From: a virus | DNA: 64,000 bases | Strand: one strand, 5' to 3' | Virus record (IMG/VR): IMGVR_UViG_3300044612_001159 | Span: 51,666-115,665 of that record | In this document: positions 25,886-36,628 of the stretch, one piece after another | Layout of the letters: every line of letters begins with the position of its first letter | Numbering within the stretch: position 1 is the stretch's first letter | The notes under the pieces: model-generated | What the model saw: the letters and a program-made list of their open reading frames with translations, nothing else | Told to the model about the DNA's origin: nothing | Database searches by the model: none | Translations under genes and position numbers: made by a program

Positions 25886-26830
25886 TTAGTTTAGCATAGA
25901 CTCTATAGATTTGTCAAATGAAAAGTCTAAATCTTTTATTTCACTGTCAGCCATATCGCCTATATCCTTGTATTGTTTATTTAGTTTAACTATAGAAACA
26001 CGAGAGCCAAGTTTTTCAATTATCCTGTCTTTCATGTTTCCACCTGCCTCATCATTATCAGCAATAACAATAATGTTATTGAAATACTTTTGAAGCAATT
26101 CTATTTGTTTGCTAGACACATTTGCACCTAGTGTTGCCACAGCAGGCATGCCTAACTGGTCTAACCTGATAGCGTCAAATGATGACTCCACAACATATAC
26201 TCTATCAGATTTCTTTACACGATGCAAGTTAAAAAGGGTTTTGCTTTTTGGCAAGCCTGGAGTATTCTTAAAATCTTTACCTTCAACTGATCTACCAACA
26301 AATCCCAAGGGGATTCCTTCTGGGCTATGAACTGGAACAGTAACCATGTCTTGTTTATCAGAATATCCCAATGAGAACTTAGAAAATGATGAAGGATATA
26401 TTTTTCTATATGAAAAATAGTTTTTTGGTCTTTCAGAAGCAACAAGGTTGTTGTGTAATCTTTTAATAATTAGTTCATCAAAAGACTTATACTTTTCTTC
26501 TTCAACTAATGCACGATCAATATCTATAGCAAGATTACTCTGCTTTTCTTTGCTCTTGATAAACCTGGCAGCCTCAAAATACGATCTTCCAGATGTATGC
26601 ATTACAAGTTCTATTAGGTCTGCTGATTTTTGACATGAAAAACAAAAGAACATTCCGCTACTTTTTTGAACTTCTCCTGCTGGTGTTCTATGATTATTAT
26701 GAAATGGACAAAATATTATAAAGTCTGCATCTAACTCTGATTCAACTGTTACGCCTGATCCCGTAAGGACTCTCTTGACTTGTTCTGCGGTATATTGATT
26801 GGATTGGTTCCGTCTACTCCTGCTATCCAT
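25886..26830 (-). CDS. dnaG: DNA primase (CHC2 Zn finger plus TOPRIM)
   Basis: CPFH...CFSC, VVES.FD, DNDEAG. Confidence 0.92.
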   Translation of the reverse strand: MDSRSRRNQSNQYTAEQVKRVLTGSGVTVESELDADFIIFCPFHNNHRTPAGEVQKSSGMFFCFSCQKSADLIELVMHTSGRSYFEAARFIKSKEKQSNLAIDIDRALVEEEKYKSFDELIIKRLHNNLVASERPKNYFSYRKIYPSSFSKFSLGYSDKQDMVTVPVHSPEGIPLGFVGRSVEGKDFKNTPGLPKSKTLFNLHRVKKSDRVYVVESSFDAIRLDQLGMPAVATLGANVSSKQIELLQKYFNNIIVIADNDEAGGNMKDRIIEKLGSRVSIVKLNKQYKDIGDMADSEIKDLDFSFDKSIESMLN

Positions 26831-27102
26831 TCGCTCTTCCTTTTCCCTGCGTAAACTCCGTGTATAGATAATTCAAACTCAAAAAATCCTTTTATCTCAT
26901 TATACCTTATTGTGAAGTCTGGGTCAATATCAAATCTTGGAACATATCCACTCAGCCTCATTTCTGATACTAGCAATCTTATATATTCTATCTTTAATCT
27001 TCCTATTAAAGCCTCGTCCTGAATAACCCCATCAATATAAAACTTCCTCAAAGACTTATGATGATAAAAGTCTGGTGGTATGTTTTCCTTATTTTTTGGC
27101 AT
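26749..27102 (-). CDS. Hypothetical protein
   Basis: Leaderless promoter upstream. Confidence 0.7.
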   Translation of the reverse strand: MPKNKENIPPDFYHHKSLRKFYIDGVIQDEALIGRLKIEYIRLLVSEMRLSGYVPRFDIDPDFTIRYNEIKGFFEFELSIHGVYAGKRKSEWIAGVDGTNPINIPQNKSRESLRDQA

Positions 27103-27114
27103 ACCATATTATAC

Positions 27115-28335
27115 CTACTTATCTTCAAAATCTTTGTACCTATAGTAGCCTTTGTCAAAATCACACTGAACTAGGAAATCTCCCATAAAGCCATTTCTAT
27201 TCTTTCTAAAAGCACACTCAATAATATCACTGTTTGTACCTCGCCCAAGGGCTAAGACCCAGTCAGCATCATACGCAATCTGCCTAGACCACGCTGTTTG
27301 ACCCAGTGTTGGGACTGTAGACAAATCGTTTACATCGTCAGGTGTAGCAGAGGAGATAGCAATAATAGGAACCTCTTCGCCAATAGCCATGAGTTTGAGT
27401 TCTCTTGAAAGGTTCTTCATTCGTACCGTTTCATTATCTGACTTCTGATTAGGAGCCATTAACTGAAGGTAATCAACGATTACAAAGTCTGGCTTATACT
27501 GATCGATCTTTCCACGAAGGACTGATGGATTAATTTCTCCACCCTGATCGTTTGAGATAATATGAAACTCTGGCTTACCCTGTAGATTTTTAGCATGCCA
27601 ATCTTTAAGCATTTCTAACTCTACTTCTCCGTTGCTTAACTTTCTATGTGACCAACGACCCTCGCCCATAATCGTAAAGACACGATTACGGACCTCTGTC
27701 TCGCTCATCTCAAGACTTATGACTAGTGGGCTACGACCCTGTTTCCAGGCCTGTACAGCGAAATAGAGAGCCAACCACGACTTTCCGATACCTGGATATG
27801 CTAAGAAGACTCCCAACTGCCCTGGCATGATTCCAGAGGGTAGGTAGTTATCAAATCCTGGCAGGCCAGTCTTTATACCAATATGACCTAATGCTTGTTG
27901 TTTCTTGACATTTTCAAAATATGCGATAGCAGACTCTAGGTCAGTAACATCAATATCACGGATAGCAGCAGTGTTCTTTTTTAACTCTGAGGTCTGTGTT
28001 ATTAGATTTTCTAAAGCCTTGTTACCCTCACCCTGCTGAACATCACTAGCAGCAGATCTTAAAATATCTTTTAGGCTATCTCTTAAATATTCTCCCTGAA
28101 GTTCATCAAGATGGTGCTTGGTTGCACCCACCCCTGGAACTGGGTCAAAGTCTCTGAACTTTTCACTAACTAAGTCAACTGGCGGTAGCGATGAGTTGTT
28201 TTCAAAATAAAGCCTGATGAAGTTCCAAATGTCTGCATGTGTTCTAAGAAGATTTTCTACATTGGCCTGAAGAAGAACATGTATTTGTTTATCTTGCAAT
28301 ACAGCAGTTATTAGTTTTGACTCTGTGCTATTCAC
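27115..28335 (-). CDS. dnaB: DnaB-like replicative helicase
   Basis: AYPGIGKS, SLEM, IVDYLQLM, KNRNG. Confidence 0.95.
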   Translation of the reverse strand: MNSTESKLITAVLQDKQIHVLLQANVENLLRTHADIWNFIRLYFENNSSLPPVDLVSEKFRDFDPVPGVGATKHHLDELQGEYLRDSLKDILRSAASDVQQGEGNKALENLITQTSELKKNTAAIRDIDVTDLESAIAYFENVKKQQALGHIGIKTGLPGFDNYLPSGIMPGQLGVFLAYPGIGKSWLALYFAVQAWKQGRSPLVISLEMSETEVRNRVFTIMGEGRWSHRKLSNGEVELEMLKDWHAKNLQGKPEFHIISNDQGGEINPSVLRGKIDQYKPDFVIVDYLQLMAPNQKSDNETVRMKNLSRELKLMAIGEEVPIIAISSATPDDVNDLSTVPTLGQTAWSRQIAYDADWVLALGRGTNSDIIECAFRKNRNGFMGDFLVQCDFDKGYYRYKDFEDK

Positions 28336-28636
28336 TTAACCACTCCTTTGCCATTATCCTACGCTCTGCTCTTTCTGCATCGTCCCGCTCTTTGTCTAAT
28401 TTTATTTGAAGTATTTTTTCTGCGTTGTATGCAAAATAATTCCAAGAAGGGGAATGAGCGATGCCAAAATAATAATTTAGTAAATCATAGCAACCGATCA
28501 TTCCGTAAGACTCAATAAGTGCATCAGCAGCCCACTGCTCTACATTAAGATTAAGAGACGGTTTTTGCTCATATCGCTGTGTGTGCAACTTACCATAACG
28601 ACTAAGCAAAGCCATACGGTCTTTGCGTTCAGCCAT
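28328..28636 (-). CDS. Hypothetical protein
   Basis: Coupled ORF. Confidence 0.75.
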   Translation of the reverse strand: MAERKDRMALLSRYGKLHTQRYEQKPSLNLNVEQWAADALIESYGMIGCYDLLNYYFGIAHSPSWNYFAYNAEKILQIKLDKERDDAERAERRIMAKEWLSE

Positions 28637-28845
28637 TACTTTGCTTCTGCTTCAGTCTGTGCTTCTAGAATTTTTGCTGTAAGTTTATCTTCAACAAACT
28701 TATAAACACGCTCAAAAGCCTGATCTGTATTTTCGCCATCTCGCTTTGAGTCAGTTACGCCAAGGTCTAACCTTAGTGATTGAAAGTTGCCTAGATTTAA
28801 AGTGTATCCTAGAGTTACGGACACCTTAGTTGGTTCATTTTCCAT
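28636..28845 (-). CDS. Hypothetical protein
   Basis: GYTLNLGNFQSLRLD. Confidence 0.75.
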   Translation of the reverse strand: MENEPTKVSVTLGYTLNLGNFQSLRLDLGVTDSKRDGENTDQAFERVYKFVEDKLTAKILEAQTEAEAK

Positions 28846-28859
28846 TCTTATACCCTTCG

Positions 28860-29402
28860 CTAAATAGACTCACTCCATACAGGAATGAATCGTCCATCTT
28901 CTGTTTTCGTATATGTAAGTATACCATCGCCCATTCTTCGTGTCAACTCAGCCTTGCTGGGCGTAATATCATTTGTAATTAATCCATCTTTTCTTGGTCT
29001 ACCAATATGGTATGTAGCCAGTATATCACGAATCTCTTTTACTTGCGATTCAGAGTAATATGATCTAACACGAAAACCTCTTGCTCCGCCTTTTTGAGAT
29101 CCTTTTGGAAATGGAATAATTCCTCTACGCATAAGAGACGGCATATATTTTTTATGACGATTAACTAGATTAGCAGTCTCTCCAACTGTGTATGCTCGTT
29201 CTCTATTTTTTTTAAAATCATTAATTAAACAACTTTCAATCCTATCTTTATTTATATTATAAACAGACATTATCCCATTAGACTTATTTAAATGATGTAT
29301 TCTAACAAGGTCCCCGTTTAAAAACCAAACCTTTTTATTCCCTGAAATTACAGGGAGGACATTGTAACCTTCGCTCTCAATTGTTCCCTTTTTAACAGCC
29401 AC
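28860..29402 (-). CDS. MerR-like HTH DNA-binding protein
   Basis: YTVGETANLVNR...GIIP...YYSE. Confidence 0.65.
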   Translation of the reverse strand: MAVKKGTIESEGYNVLPVISGNKKVWFLNGDLVRIHHLNKSNGIMSVYNINKDRIESCLINDFKKNRERAYTVGETANLVNRHKKYMPSLMRRGIIPFPKGSQKGGARGFRVRSYYSESQVKEIRDILATYHIGRPRKDGLITNDITPSKAELTRRMGDGILTYTKTEDGRFIPVWSESI

Positions 29403-29539
29403 ATGCCCTCCTGTGAATTACTAGGCGGATGAAAAAATGTTCTCGATCCGCAAGACATACAATATAGTTCTAAGTTATTTATTTGTGAATATTGCCTATC
29501 GACAAACATTCTTCCTTTACATCTTTTACAATAAATCAT
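29348..29539 (-). CDS. Small Zn-ribbon protein
   Basis: CKRCKG...CMSCG. Confidence 0.7.
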   Translation of the reverse strand: MIYCKRCKGRMFVDRQYSQINNLELYCMSCGSRTFFHPPSNSQEGMWLLKREQLRAKVTMSSL

Positions 29540-29982
29540 TAATTAGGAATTCCCACTATCAATAAGTTAACACCGACAGTAGTATCTCCGCCAACATTAA
29601 ACTTTACAACTCCTTCAATCTTCGATGTTGAAATACTTAATAGGGTAACCGTAACATCTTTTCCAGCATCTGTATTTCCAATATTAATTGGAGTTGCAGT
29701 AACAACTGGAGGAAACTTAAACTCGCTTGGCAAACTATATGAAAATGATTGGGTAGATCCTGCTGTTTGAGATGAGCCAGAAGTTACTTGAACGTAGCCC
29801 CCTATAATTCTTGCCTCAGACGTTTTTACGCTCTGCTTGCCAGAGTTTGGGGTGTCTACCGTAACATACTTATATATTGATGTAGACGCTTGACTGGAAA
29901 GATCATTGAGTGCCTTAACTATCTGATAAAGATATGTTACATCTAAAGGCTGCCCCCGTTCGGGTAAAGGTAATATTGCCAT
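29539..29982 (-). CDS. Putative tail tip/fibre-associated protein
   Basis: F..PPVVTAT beta-rich C-terminus; end of tail module. Confidence 0.55.
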   Translation of the reverse strand: MAILPLPERGQPLDVTYLYQIVKALNDLSSQASTSIYKYVTVDTPNSGKQSVKTSEARIIGGYVQVTSGSSQTAGSTQSFSYSLPSEFKFPPVVTATPINIGNTDAGKDVTVTLLSISTSKIEGVVKFNVGGDTTVGVNLLIVGIPN

Positions 29983-29989
29983 AATATAA

Positions 29990-30427
29990 TTATACCAGAC
30001 TGACTATTCCAGAATCATATATTTTTAAATCAGGATTTAAAGATGGGTTAACGGATGATGCCTGAACAACAACACGCACAGATGTAGTTCCAGTTTTAAT
30101 AAACGAATAATTTGAAGATCCTGTAGAAGCCCTAAATGTTGGAACAGAAGAGTCAAAGCCTATAAAAACATCATAGAGTATTTGAGTTGATATTTCTCCA
30201 GCAGACCAGTTAACCATTATTGTGTTTCCAACAACATTTATATCTCCAACACCAAGAAGAACTTCTCCAGATTCAGCAACAAATATTTGAGAATATGCAG
30301 ACTTTCTATTTTTATCATCTGATATTATCCTAAATCTTAAAACAACAGAATTGTTTTCAGTAACCTTTCCCAAAGAATCTTTTTTAATAATAACATTTTT
30401 TATTCCTTTATCTGGAGTTTTACTCAT
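29990..30427 (-). CDS. Putative minor tail protein
   Basis: Beta-rich, in tail operon. Confidence 0.55.
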   Translation of the reverse strand: MSKTPDKGIKNVIIKKDSLGKVTENNSVVLRFRIISDDKNRKSAYSQIFVAESGEVLLGVGDINVVGNTIMVNWSAGEISTQILYDVFIGFDSSVPTFRASTGSSNYSFIKTGTTSVRVVVQASSVNPSLNPDLKIYDSGIVSLV

Positions 30428-30429
30428 GG

Positions 30430-31593
30430 TTAAACATCCAATACAAATCTAAACTCTATGTAATTGGTTGTGTTGGCTGATTTTATAATTGGTCTTGCCT
30501 GAACATTTTTAATTACAGAGTAGCCAGTTAGACCGTACAAAGAGTTTGTTGATGTAGTGTTTTCAAGCCTTATTCCGTCTAGGCATACATAAAAAGAATC
30601 CGATGGAAGATTATTTTTAGTAACACAAGCATAAATTTTTACAGAGGATACATCTGGCCAGTTAAATCTCAAACTTTTGTCTAACTCTTGAAATGTTCTT
30701 TTTGCTACGATATATCTATTATTTGCAAAGTTGTGCTTGTCTTCTGATGTCCCTTGTGCATAATTAATATCATCAATGTCAACTACAAACTTTGCATGCT
30801 GAACAGTTGAATTAGGTCCAGTATGAGAAAACTCTACTAAAATTTTAACATTGTCTGGAACAGTCAAAGAGTTTGCCACCTTGCTAACAACAGAAAATGC
30901 TAACCTTAATTCATCCAATGGGCTATTTTTACTAAAATCTGACGATGGATTATCTAAAACTATATAGTCTGACTCAGTAAGTCTAACCATGCTCCCCTGT
31001 TGATCATATAAAAGATTTGAAGAATCACCCCTAAGTGCTACAATATTATTTAAAAATCTACATCTTTCGTTTCTATTAACTCTATCTGTTTGGGTAAAAA
31101 CTCTATTGTCTGCATTTGTAGAAAAAATCTTTGATGTTTGATTTATCGTTCCATTATTGCTATCTCCGTCTAATGGACTATATTGTACAGGAATGTCTAT
31201 TGGAGAGGCTCCATCAATGCTATACCGCCAATTATCCGTATCTGCAAAAGAATAAACTACTCTACTATCGAATGATCCAGCCACTGGATTTGAGCCTGCA
31301 GAAAAAATGCCAACCTCAGTAATCTCATATCTTTCTTCCGTGGGCAGTTCTGCTGTCAGCACCACCTTTGATAAACCATTTTCATTTACAAATCCCCTAG
31401 AAATAATAGGGGCACGAAACATTTCAAAATCTAAAGACTCTTTATTTTTTAATATTGTCAACTCTTCAGGGGGAAACGTATAATCAGAAACAACTGGCTT
31501 GGCTCCACAGCCTACGGCAATATGGGACGCATACGATGGCGTCTGCCCAACAAGGTATTTTGCTAAAAGATTTTTTCCTATATTAGTTATCAT
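30430..31593 (-). CDS. Putative minor tail/baseplate protein
   Basis: MITNIGK..IAVGCG..ITEVGIF, tail-fibre-base-like N-terminus. Confidence 0.65.
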   Translation of the reverse strand: MITNIGKNLLAKYLVGQTPSYASHIAVGCGAKPVVSDYTFPPEELTILKNKESLDFEMFRAPIISRGFVNENGLSKVVLTAELPTEERYEITEVGIFSAGSNPVAGSFDSRVVYSFADTDNWRYSIDGASPIDIPVQYSPLDGDSNNGTINQTSKIFSTNADNRVFTQTDRVNRNERCRFLNNIVALRGDSSNLLYDQQGSMVRLTESDYIVLDNPSSDFSKNSPLDELRLAFSVVSKVANSLTVPDNVKILVEFSHTGPNSTVQHAKFVVDIDDINYAQGTSEDKHNFANNRYIVAKRTFQELDKSLRFNWPDVSSVKIYACVTKNNLPSDSFYVCLDGIRLENTTSTNSLYGLTGYSVIKNVQARPIIKSANTTNYIEFRFVLDV

Positions 31594-32177
31594 TGGCTGC
31601 TCCCATAGTATATTGTATCATCAAAAATGTTTCCAGCGGTCAATATTTCTACTTCTACCTGCTCATTTTCTTTCATATTTATAAGATTAATTACAAGGTC
31701 TCCAGTGATTGGATCTATGTATATAGACTTACAGTTTGGCGTTTTTATCCATTTGGTCTTATCTGGCTCGTTTGGATTACTCACTGGTGGTGCTATGTCA
31801 TATCCAGTACCGCATATTGGAAGACGATCAAAAATAGAAAGTGACAGTGACTTAAAATAAGAATCTGCCGATTGAAGCCTTAAAACATTATTTGGGTTGT
31901 ACTGTAAATACAAATCTGTTAAATTTTTAATTGGTGCATATATAACCTTTTGACCATTTATTAGGTCATGTCTAGAAATTGTTGCAAGTTCGTATCCACC
32001 AATATCTTCAAAAATTAAGTCAGTCATTATCTCTATTGACATTGTTTCGTCATTTGATAATATTAAATCTGGCGTTGCAATCTTAACACCGTCATCGTTA
32101 TTTTTTGGGGATGGCTCTGGTATTGCTGCTACAGCAGAAAGATAAATTGGGTCTACAGAACTAATTGGGCTTGACAT
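31590..32177 (-). CDS. Putative minor tail protein
   Basis: Position in tail operon. Confidence 0.55.
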   Translation of the reverse strand: MSSPISSVDPIYLSAVAAIPEPSPKNNDDGVKIATPDLILSNDETMSIEIMTDLIFEDIGGYELATISRHDLINGQKVIYAPIKNLTDLYLQYNPNNVLRLQSADSYFKSLSLSIFDRLPICGTGYDIAPPVSNPNEPDKTKWIKTPNCKSIYIDPITGDLVINLINMKENEQVEVEILTAGNIFDDTIYYGSSQ

Positions 32178-35100
32178 TAAACCACCTCACTTAAAAATAA
32201 AGTCATTGAAGGACCGTCAGAACTTCTTGAGAATTCAATATTATAGACAACAAATCGATTATTTGGATTTGACGCCATGCTTATATCGTTCTCTTTGTAA
32301 TCTACGCTAACGATGTCTCCTAGTTGTATTGTTGGAATTGCAAATATTTGAGCCCCAATAGATCTTCTAGGCTTTGCTATTTTTTCAATTAGCCATTCCA
32401 TTAAACTGTTTGCTTCATCTTGAGACTGTATATATGTTGTATCTATAGCAAAATCTTTTTTACCGTAGGTCATTCTGCTAAGTTTAATATCCTGATAGTC
32501 TTGTTTAAATTTATATGGATTTGATATAAGTTTATCTGCAACAAACTGTGGATTAGAAACAAGACTGTTCTTGTTAAAATATTCATCAACTGTAAGATTG
32601 TTATCAGACTGTTGAGTAAATGTAATTCCCTGAATTCTCAAATAGTTTCCGCTAGTTTCATCTAATGACAAAGGTGCATCGGTTGTATTAAAAATTAAAA
32701 ACTCTGCTCCGTAGGACCCTGCTCTAAAACCAGATACTGCATAACCTTTCATTTTATTAAATGTTGGAGAAATTTTTGCACTAAGTGCTGGATATGCTTT
32801 ATCGTATTTAAAATTAAATGCTGCCAACTCTCTCATAATGCTTCCAAACTCTTCAAAGTAGATATCATATTTTGGTGGCTCAGAAGAACTAATACCAGTT
32901 AAATAAGTATTTTGTATTAAACCACTAATTGAATATTTTCTAAACGACTCGTTAGCATCAATCTCCGTATCTCCAAAAACAGAATTAACAGGGGCACCAA
33001 GTTTAAATGATGTGTTCTGTGCATAGTTGTTACATAGTGCATACACATTTTCAAACATTGCTCTTGATGATCCTCTAGTAAATAATGCCATACTTGAGTA
33101 TGCTGGAAGTGGGTCTATATCGTCTACTGTCTTTATAACTACTCCATTTAAATATAAATAAAATCTTCTAGTTGTTCCTATATCCTCATATTCTACTGCT
33201 AAGTCATATACCGTCGGATTTTCTTCAGCAAAACTTCTTGATTGGCCTGTAAACTTTCCGTCATCTACTGTGATTTGTCCCAAACCATCCCAAAGTTTAA
33301 CGGGAACTGCAGATCCATTATTAGACTTTATTTTATAAAAAAACACATTGCTAACGCCTTGTTTTTCTGTGTCTGATAGTTTGCCCAATCCTAGCGCTGC
33401 TATCTCAAAATAGTAGCCAACGTTTGTAATAGGATTAAGCATTATGGCGATGCCTGCAGAACCCCCAGAGATATTAATATTTTTATCTGGCGTAGTTCCA
33501 TTCACTACAAAATATGTTGAAGATCCGTTGGAGGTTTGTCCTCTATCTTGATTATTTTCTATCTTGCCAACAATTCTCATTCTTGTTCCAAAATGTTTAT
33601 ATTTTTTATTTTCTAAAGATTTGTGAACATAAGAAATAAAGTTTCTTGGTTTTTCCTTTGTTGTAAAATTTGGACCAGTTAAGGATAAAGCAGAAGACTG
33701 AATTGATCCAGGCTGTTGCTGGGTTTGTGTTGTTATTTCTCCAGTAAGTGTTGTAGAGAAAAAGTTTTTTATAAGACCAGTTCTTGTAGAAGTTCTTCCT
33801 ATGGCATCAGCAGATACGCCTGTGTCTGTTGTTTTGCCTGCAGAAGAAACTGTTGTTGCAGGAATTGGGGTTTTGTTATCAAAAAGATATTCAGAGGACA
33901 TATAGCATCCTTTAACATTGTCGTCAGACTTCCAATAATCAGATATACCAGCAGTGTGCTCTACCACATTTGTTCCAAATTGACCACGACCATGCTTTAC
34001 TACTGGACCATTTTGAAGTTTTATTACGCCACCCTGCTCAAAATACTTTGGCTCTGAGTAAATTCTTACTAGACCTGTTGGATATATTTTTCCATTAAAA
34101 GGCAGTTTAGCAAAATAGTACTGATAATCTTCAATAGAAGTTATCCAGACATTTCCAAATCCAGTAACATTGTGCTGAACGGCATCGTACTTTATAATTT
34201 CTCCTTGAGAATAAAAGTACCCATTATATCTAGCAATCCAAAATACTGCTTCGCCTAAACTAAAAGTATTATTTATAACAACATTATTTTTTACAACAGG
34301 AACATCTGCAGAAAGGTTTGCATTTAGCGGAATTGCTGTAAGAAGATAAGAAGATTGGGTTCCAATCTCATTATTCAAAGACTTTGTATTCTCAGTTCCA
34401 GAAACCTCCCAGAGTAGCGCTGGCTTGTATGTGTAATATCTTTCTTCATCTAAAAGGCTGGCCTGTTTGATAGACCCTATTGATCTTTGAATATGTCTTG
34501 GAGTATAGTTAATTACTCCATCATTATATACAATGTTAGACTGAGCAGAAACAGAAATAATGTTTGCAAGTTTAGACTTTTCCAAAGTTTTATTTGTAAT
34601 TTCTCTATCTTCAAATAAATCATTTGTTCCTTTAAGTGCAAAGGTTGTCGGCCTTTGCTCTTTGGTTGGCATTATGTAGTTTTTGCTCATCATAACAAAA
34701 TTATTATATTCATCAAAAAACATTGCCGTTTGTGTAGAAACTGCTATGTCTTGAAGAATTTCTGCAACGCTTCTGTCTGGAGGAATGAAAAAATATGGAA
34801 TTATTACTTCTTTTTCATTGGCTACTCTTTTAAAAGTATAGTTAGAAAATCCAATATAGTCAAGCAAAAGAGAAACTGCGGAACTAACAGAAACTTCAGT
34901 CATTAATATTTGTGGCGCTGTCATTGATTCTAAATACCAATATAGATCTCTTAGTGATATTGAAACTCTTTTGCTCACAACATCAGACTTTGGAAATGAG
35001 TCAGAGTATAGTGTTTTTATTGGAACCCAATAATCCCAACCATTGACATCAACTATAACTTCATAAAACTTAAACTGTATATGTCTATCTGTATATTTAT

Positions 35101-36628
35101 GAACAATGCTAGAATAATTGTTTTCATTAAAGGCTTGATCATAATCAAATATATTTATTGATCCATTTGAAGCAACGAGTTGTCCAACTGGCAAACCGCT
35201 AACTCCAAGGTCAGATGCACTTTTATTTATTGAATAATCCAATGTCTTATCTGATATATTCATTACAAGTCGGGGAGACATTTCTATCAGATCAAATGTT
35301 GAGTCTTTCACATTCATTGTATCAACTACAATTCTTATTCCAGAAATATATTCAAACTCCCTATATTGAACCTTACCATCTAATGTTCTTAAAAATTTAC
35401 TTGGATCTGTTGCGTCTACAACAAAGTTGGTTAGCCTATCTACAGTTTCATCTTGAACATACCACCCATATTTTGGTCTAATAATTGTATAATCTTGACC
35501 GTTCCAAATGTGATATTCTCCAATGTCATTTTCATTTTCTTTAATAAGGTACGCATATCCAATTACCGACTCTTTTGGTAAAAATAGTTCAGTTGGATAT
35601 GTTTCTGCAAATACAAAATTATCTCTCCACTCATCTGGAACAATTAGTCCATAAGCAATTTCAACATATCCATCACTTTTAATAATTGAAGAGCCATCTC
35701 TTCTTCTTTTTGATGGATCAAAAGATATAAGGTCTTGCCAATTATTATCTTTTAAAACTTGAATCTTCCACTTGCTAGGAGTTTTTTGATTTAACTCTCC
35801 AAAAAATGGATCAGCAAAAGACCCTGTAGAGGATGAAAAAGGACCAAGATTTTCTGTACCCGTATGCGTTTGCATCTTAATAACAATCCTATTTGTAGGA
35901 ATTTTTTCTTTATAAACAACAAATGGACAAGCGTCTTCAATGTCATACTGAGGCCCTCTTACCTTAGAAGCAATCCCATATTCTTGTCCACCCTCAGTTC
36001 TATAGGATGTCCAATATTTAAATATATCATTTTTATCTGGCATGTAATATCTTGGTCTGTCTGCCATAAATAAATTAGGGTGGTGTAGTTTTCCATTTTC
36101 AAGAAACACTGCTTTATTAATTCCAGATCTAGGTCTGAACTGATTAAAACAATCCTCTAGAGAGTATAGCGTTTGAAGTTTTTCTTTTTTAGTTAAAAAT
36201 ATTGTTGGCACATCATTATTATCAAATGATCCATCGACTGCAACATCTGCATCTGTTGCCCCAGTATAAAAGTTTCCAGCATCATTAATATCAAAACTTG
36301 TAGGTAAAGAAGAGTATATAGAAGATGGTTGTTCTGTACTCACCCTCCATCGATTTCGAGTGTCCGTGTCAGAAATCTTACACTCATAAGTCGCACCTGA
36401 AGAAGATTTGCCTATTGCTCCAGCAGGGGAACAAAAAGCCCCTGGGGTAATGGTCCATACCGAACTTATTGGGTTTGGTGTTGAAGTTTGGGTTGGCCTA
36501 TATCTATAATTACCAACATGTTTTATATTTGTTGGTATATTCATATTCCATTCTGCAGTAATTACCGACTTATTTCTAATAGTTGGAGATGTCTCCAGAA
36601 ATGTCTGCAGGTCTTTGTCTTCAAACAT
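32177..36628 (-). CDS. Large tail hub/central tail fibre protein
   Basis: 1483 aa, second gene downstream of TMP; C-terminal IPTIQLGDIVSV hub motif. Confidence 0.7.
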   Translation of the reverse strand: MFEDKDLQTFLETSPTIRNKSVITAEWNMNIPTNIKHVGNYRYRPTQTSTPNPISSVWTITPGAFCSPAGAIGKSSSGATYECKISDTDTRNRWRVSTEQPSSIYSSLPTSFDINDAGNFYTGATDADVAVDGSFDNNDVPTIFLTKKEKLQTLYSLEDCFNQFRPRSGINKAVFLENGKLHHPNLFMADRPRYYMPDKNDIFKYWTSYRTEGGQEYGIASKVRGPQYDIEDACPFVVYKEKIPTNRIVIKMQTHTGTENLGPFSSSTGSFADPFFGELNQKTPSKWKIQVLKDNNWQDLISFDPSKRRRDGSSIIKSDGYVEIAYGLIVPDEWRDNFVFAETYPTELFLPKESVIGYAYLIKENENDIGEYHIWNGQDYTIIRPKYGWYVQDETVDRLTNFVVDATDPSKFLRTLDGKVQYREFEYISGIRIVVDTMNVKDSTFDLIEMSPRLVMNISDKTLDYSINKSASDLGVSGLPVGQLVASNGSINIFDYDQAFNENNYSSIVHKYTDRHIQFKFYEVIVDVNGWDYWVPIKTLYSDSFPKSDVVSKRVSISLRDLYWYLESMTAPQILMTEVSVSSAVSLLLDYIGFSNYTFKRVANEKEVIIPYFFIPPDRSVAEILQDIAVSTQTAMFFDEYNNFVMMSKNYIMPTKEQRPTTFALKGTNDLFEDREITNKTLEKSKLANIISVSAQSNIVYNDGVINYTPRHIQRSIGSIKQASLLDEERYYTYKPALLWEVSGTENTKSLNNEIGTQSSYLLTAIPLNANLSADVPVVKNNVVINNTFSLGEAVFWIARYNGYFYSQGEIIKYDAVQHNVTGFGNVWITSIEDYQYYFAKLPFNGKIYPTGLVRIYSEPKYFEQGGVIKLQNGPVVKHGRGQFGTNVVEHTAGISDYWKSDDNVKGCYMSSEYLFDNKTPIPATTVSSAGKTTDTGVSADAIGRTSTRTGLIKNFFSTTLTGEITTQTQQQPGSIQSSALSLTGPNFTTKEKPRNFISYVHKSLENKKYKHFGTRMRIVGKIENNQDRGQTSNGSSTYFVVNGTTPDKNINISGGSAGIAIMLNPITNVGYYFEIAALGLGKLSDTEKQGVSNVFFYKIKSNNGSAVPVKLWDGLGQITVDDGKFTGQSRSFAEENPTVYDLAVEYEDIGTTRRFYLYLNGVVIKTVDDIDPLPAYSSMALFTRGSSRAMFENVYALCNNYAQNTSFKLGAPVNSVFGDTEIDANESFRKYSISGLIQNTYLTGISSSEPPKYDIYFEEFGSIMRELAAFNFKYDKAYPALSAKISPTFNKMKGYAVSGFRAGSYGAEFLIFNTTDAPLSLDETSGNYLRIQGITFTQQSDNNLTVDEYFNKNSLVSNPQFVADKLISNPYKFKQDYQDIKLSRMTYGKKDFAIDTTYIQSQDEANSLMEWLIEKIAKPRRSIGAQIFAIPTIQLGDIVSVDYKENDISMASNPNNRFVVYNIEFSRSSDGPSMTLFLSEVV

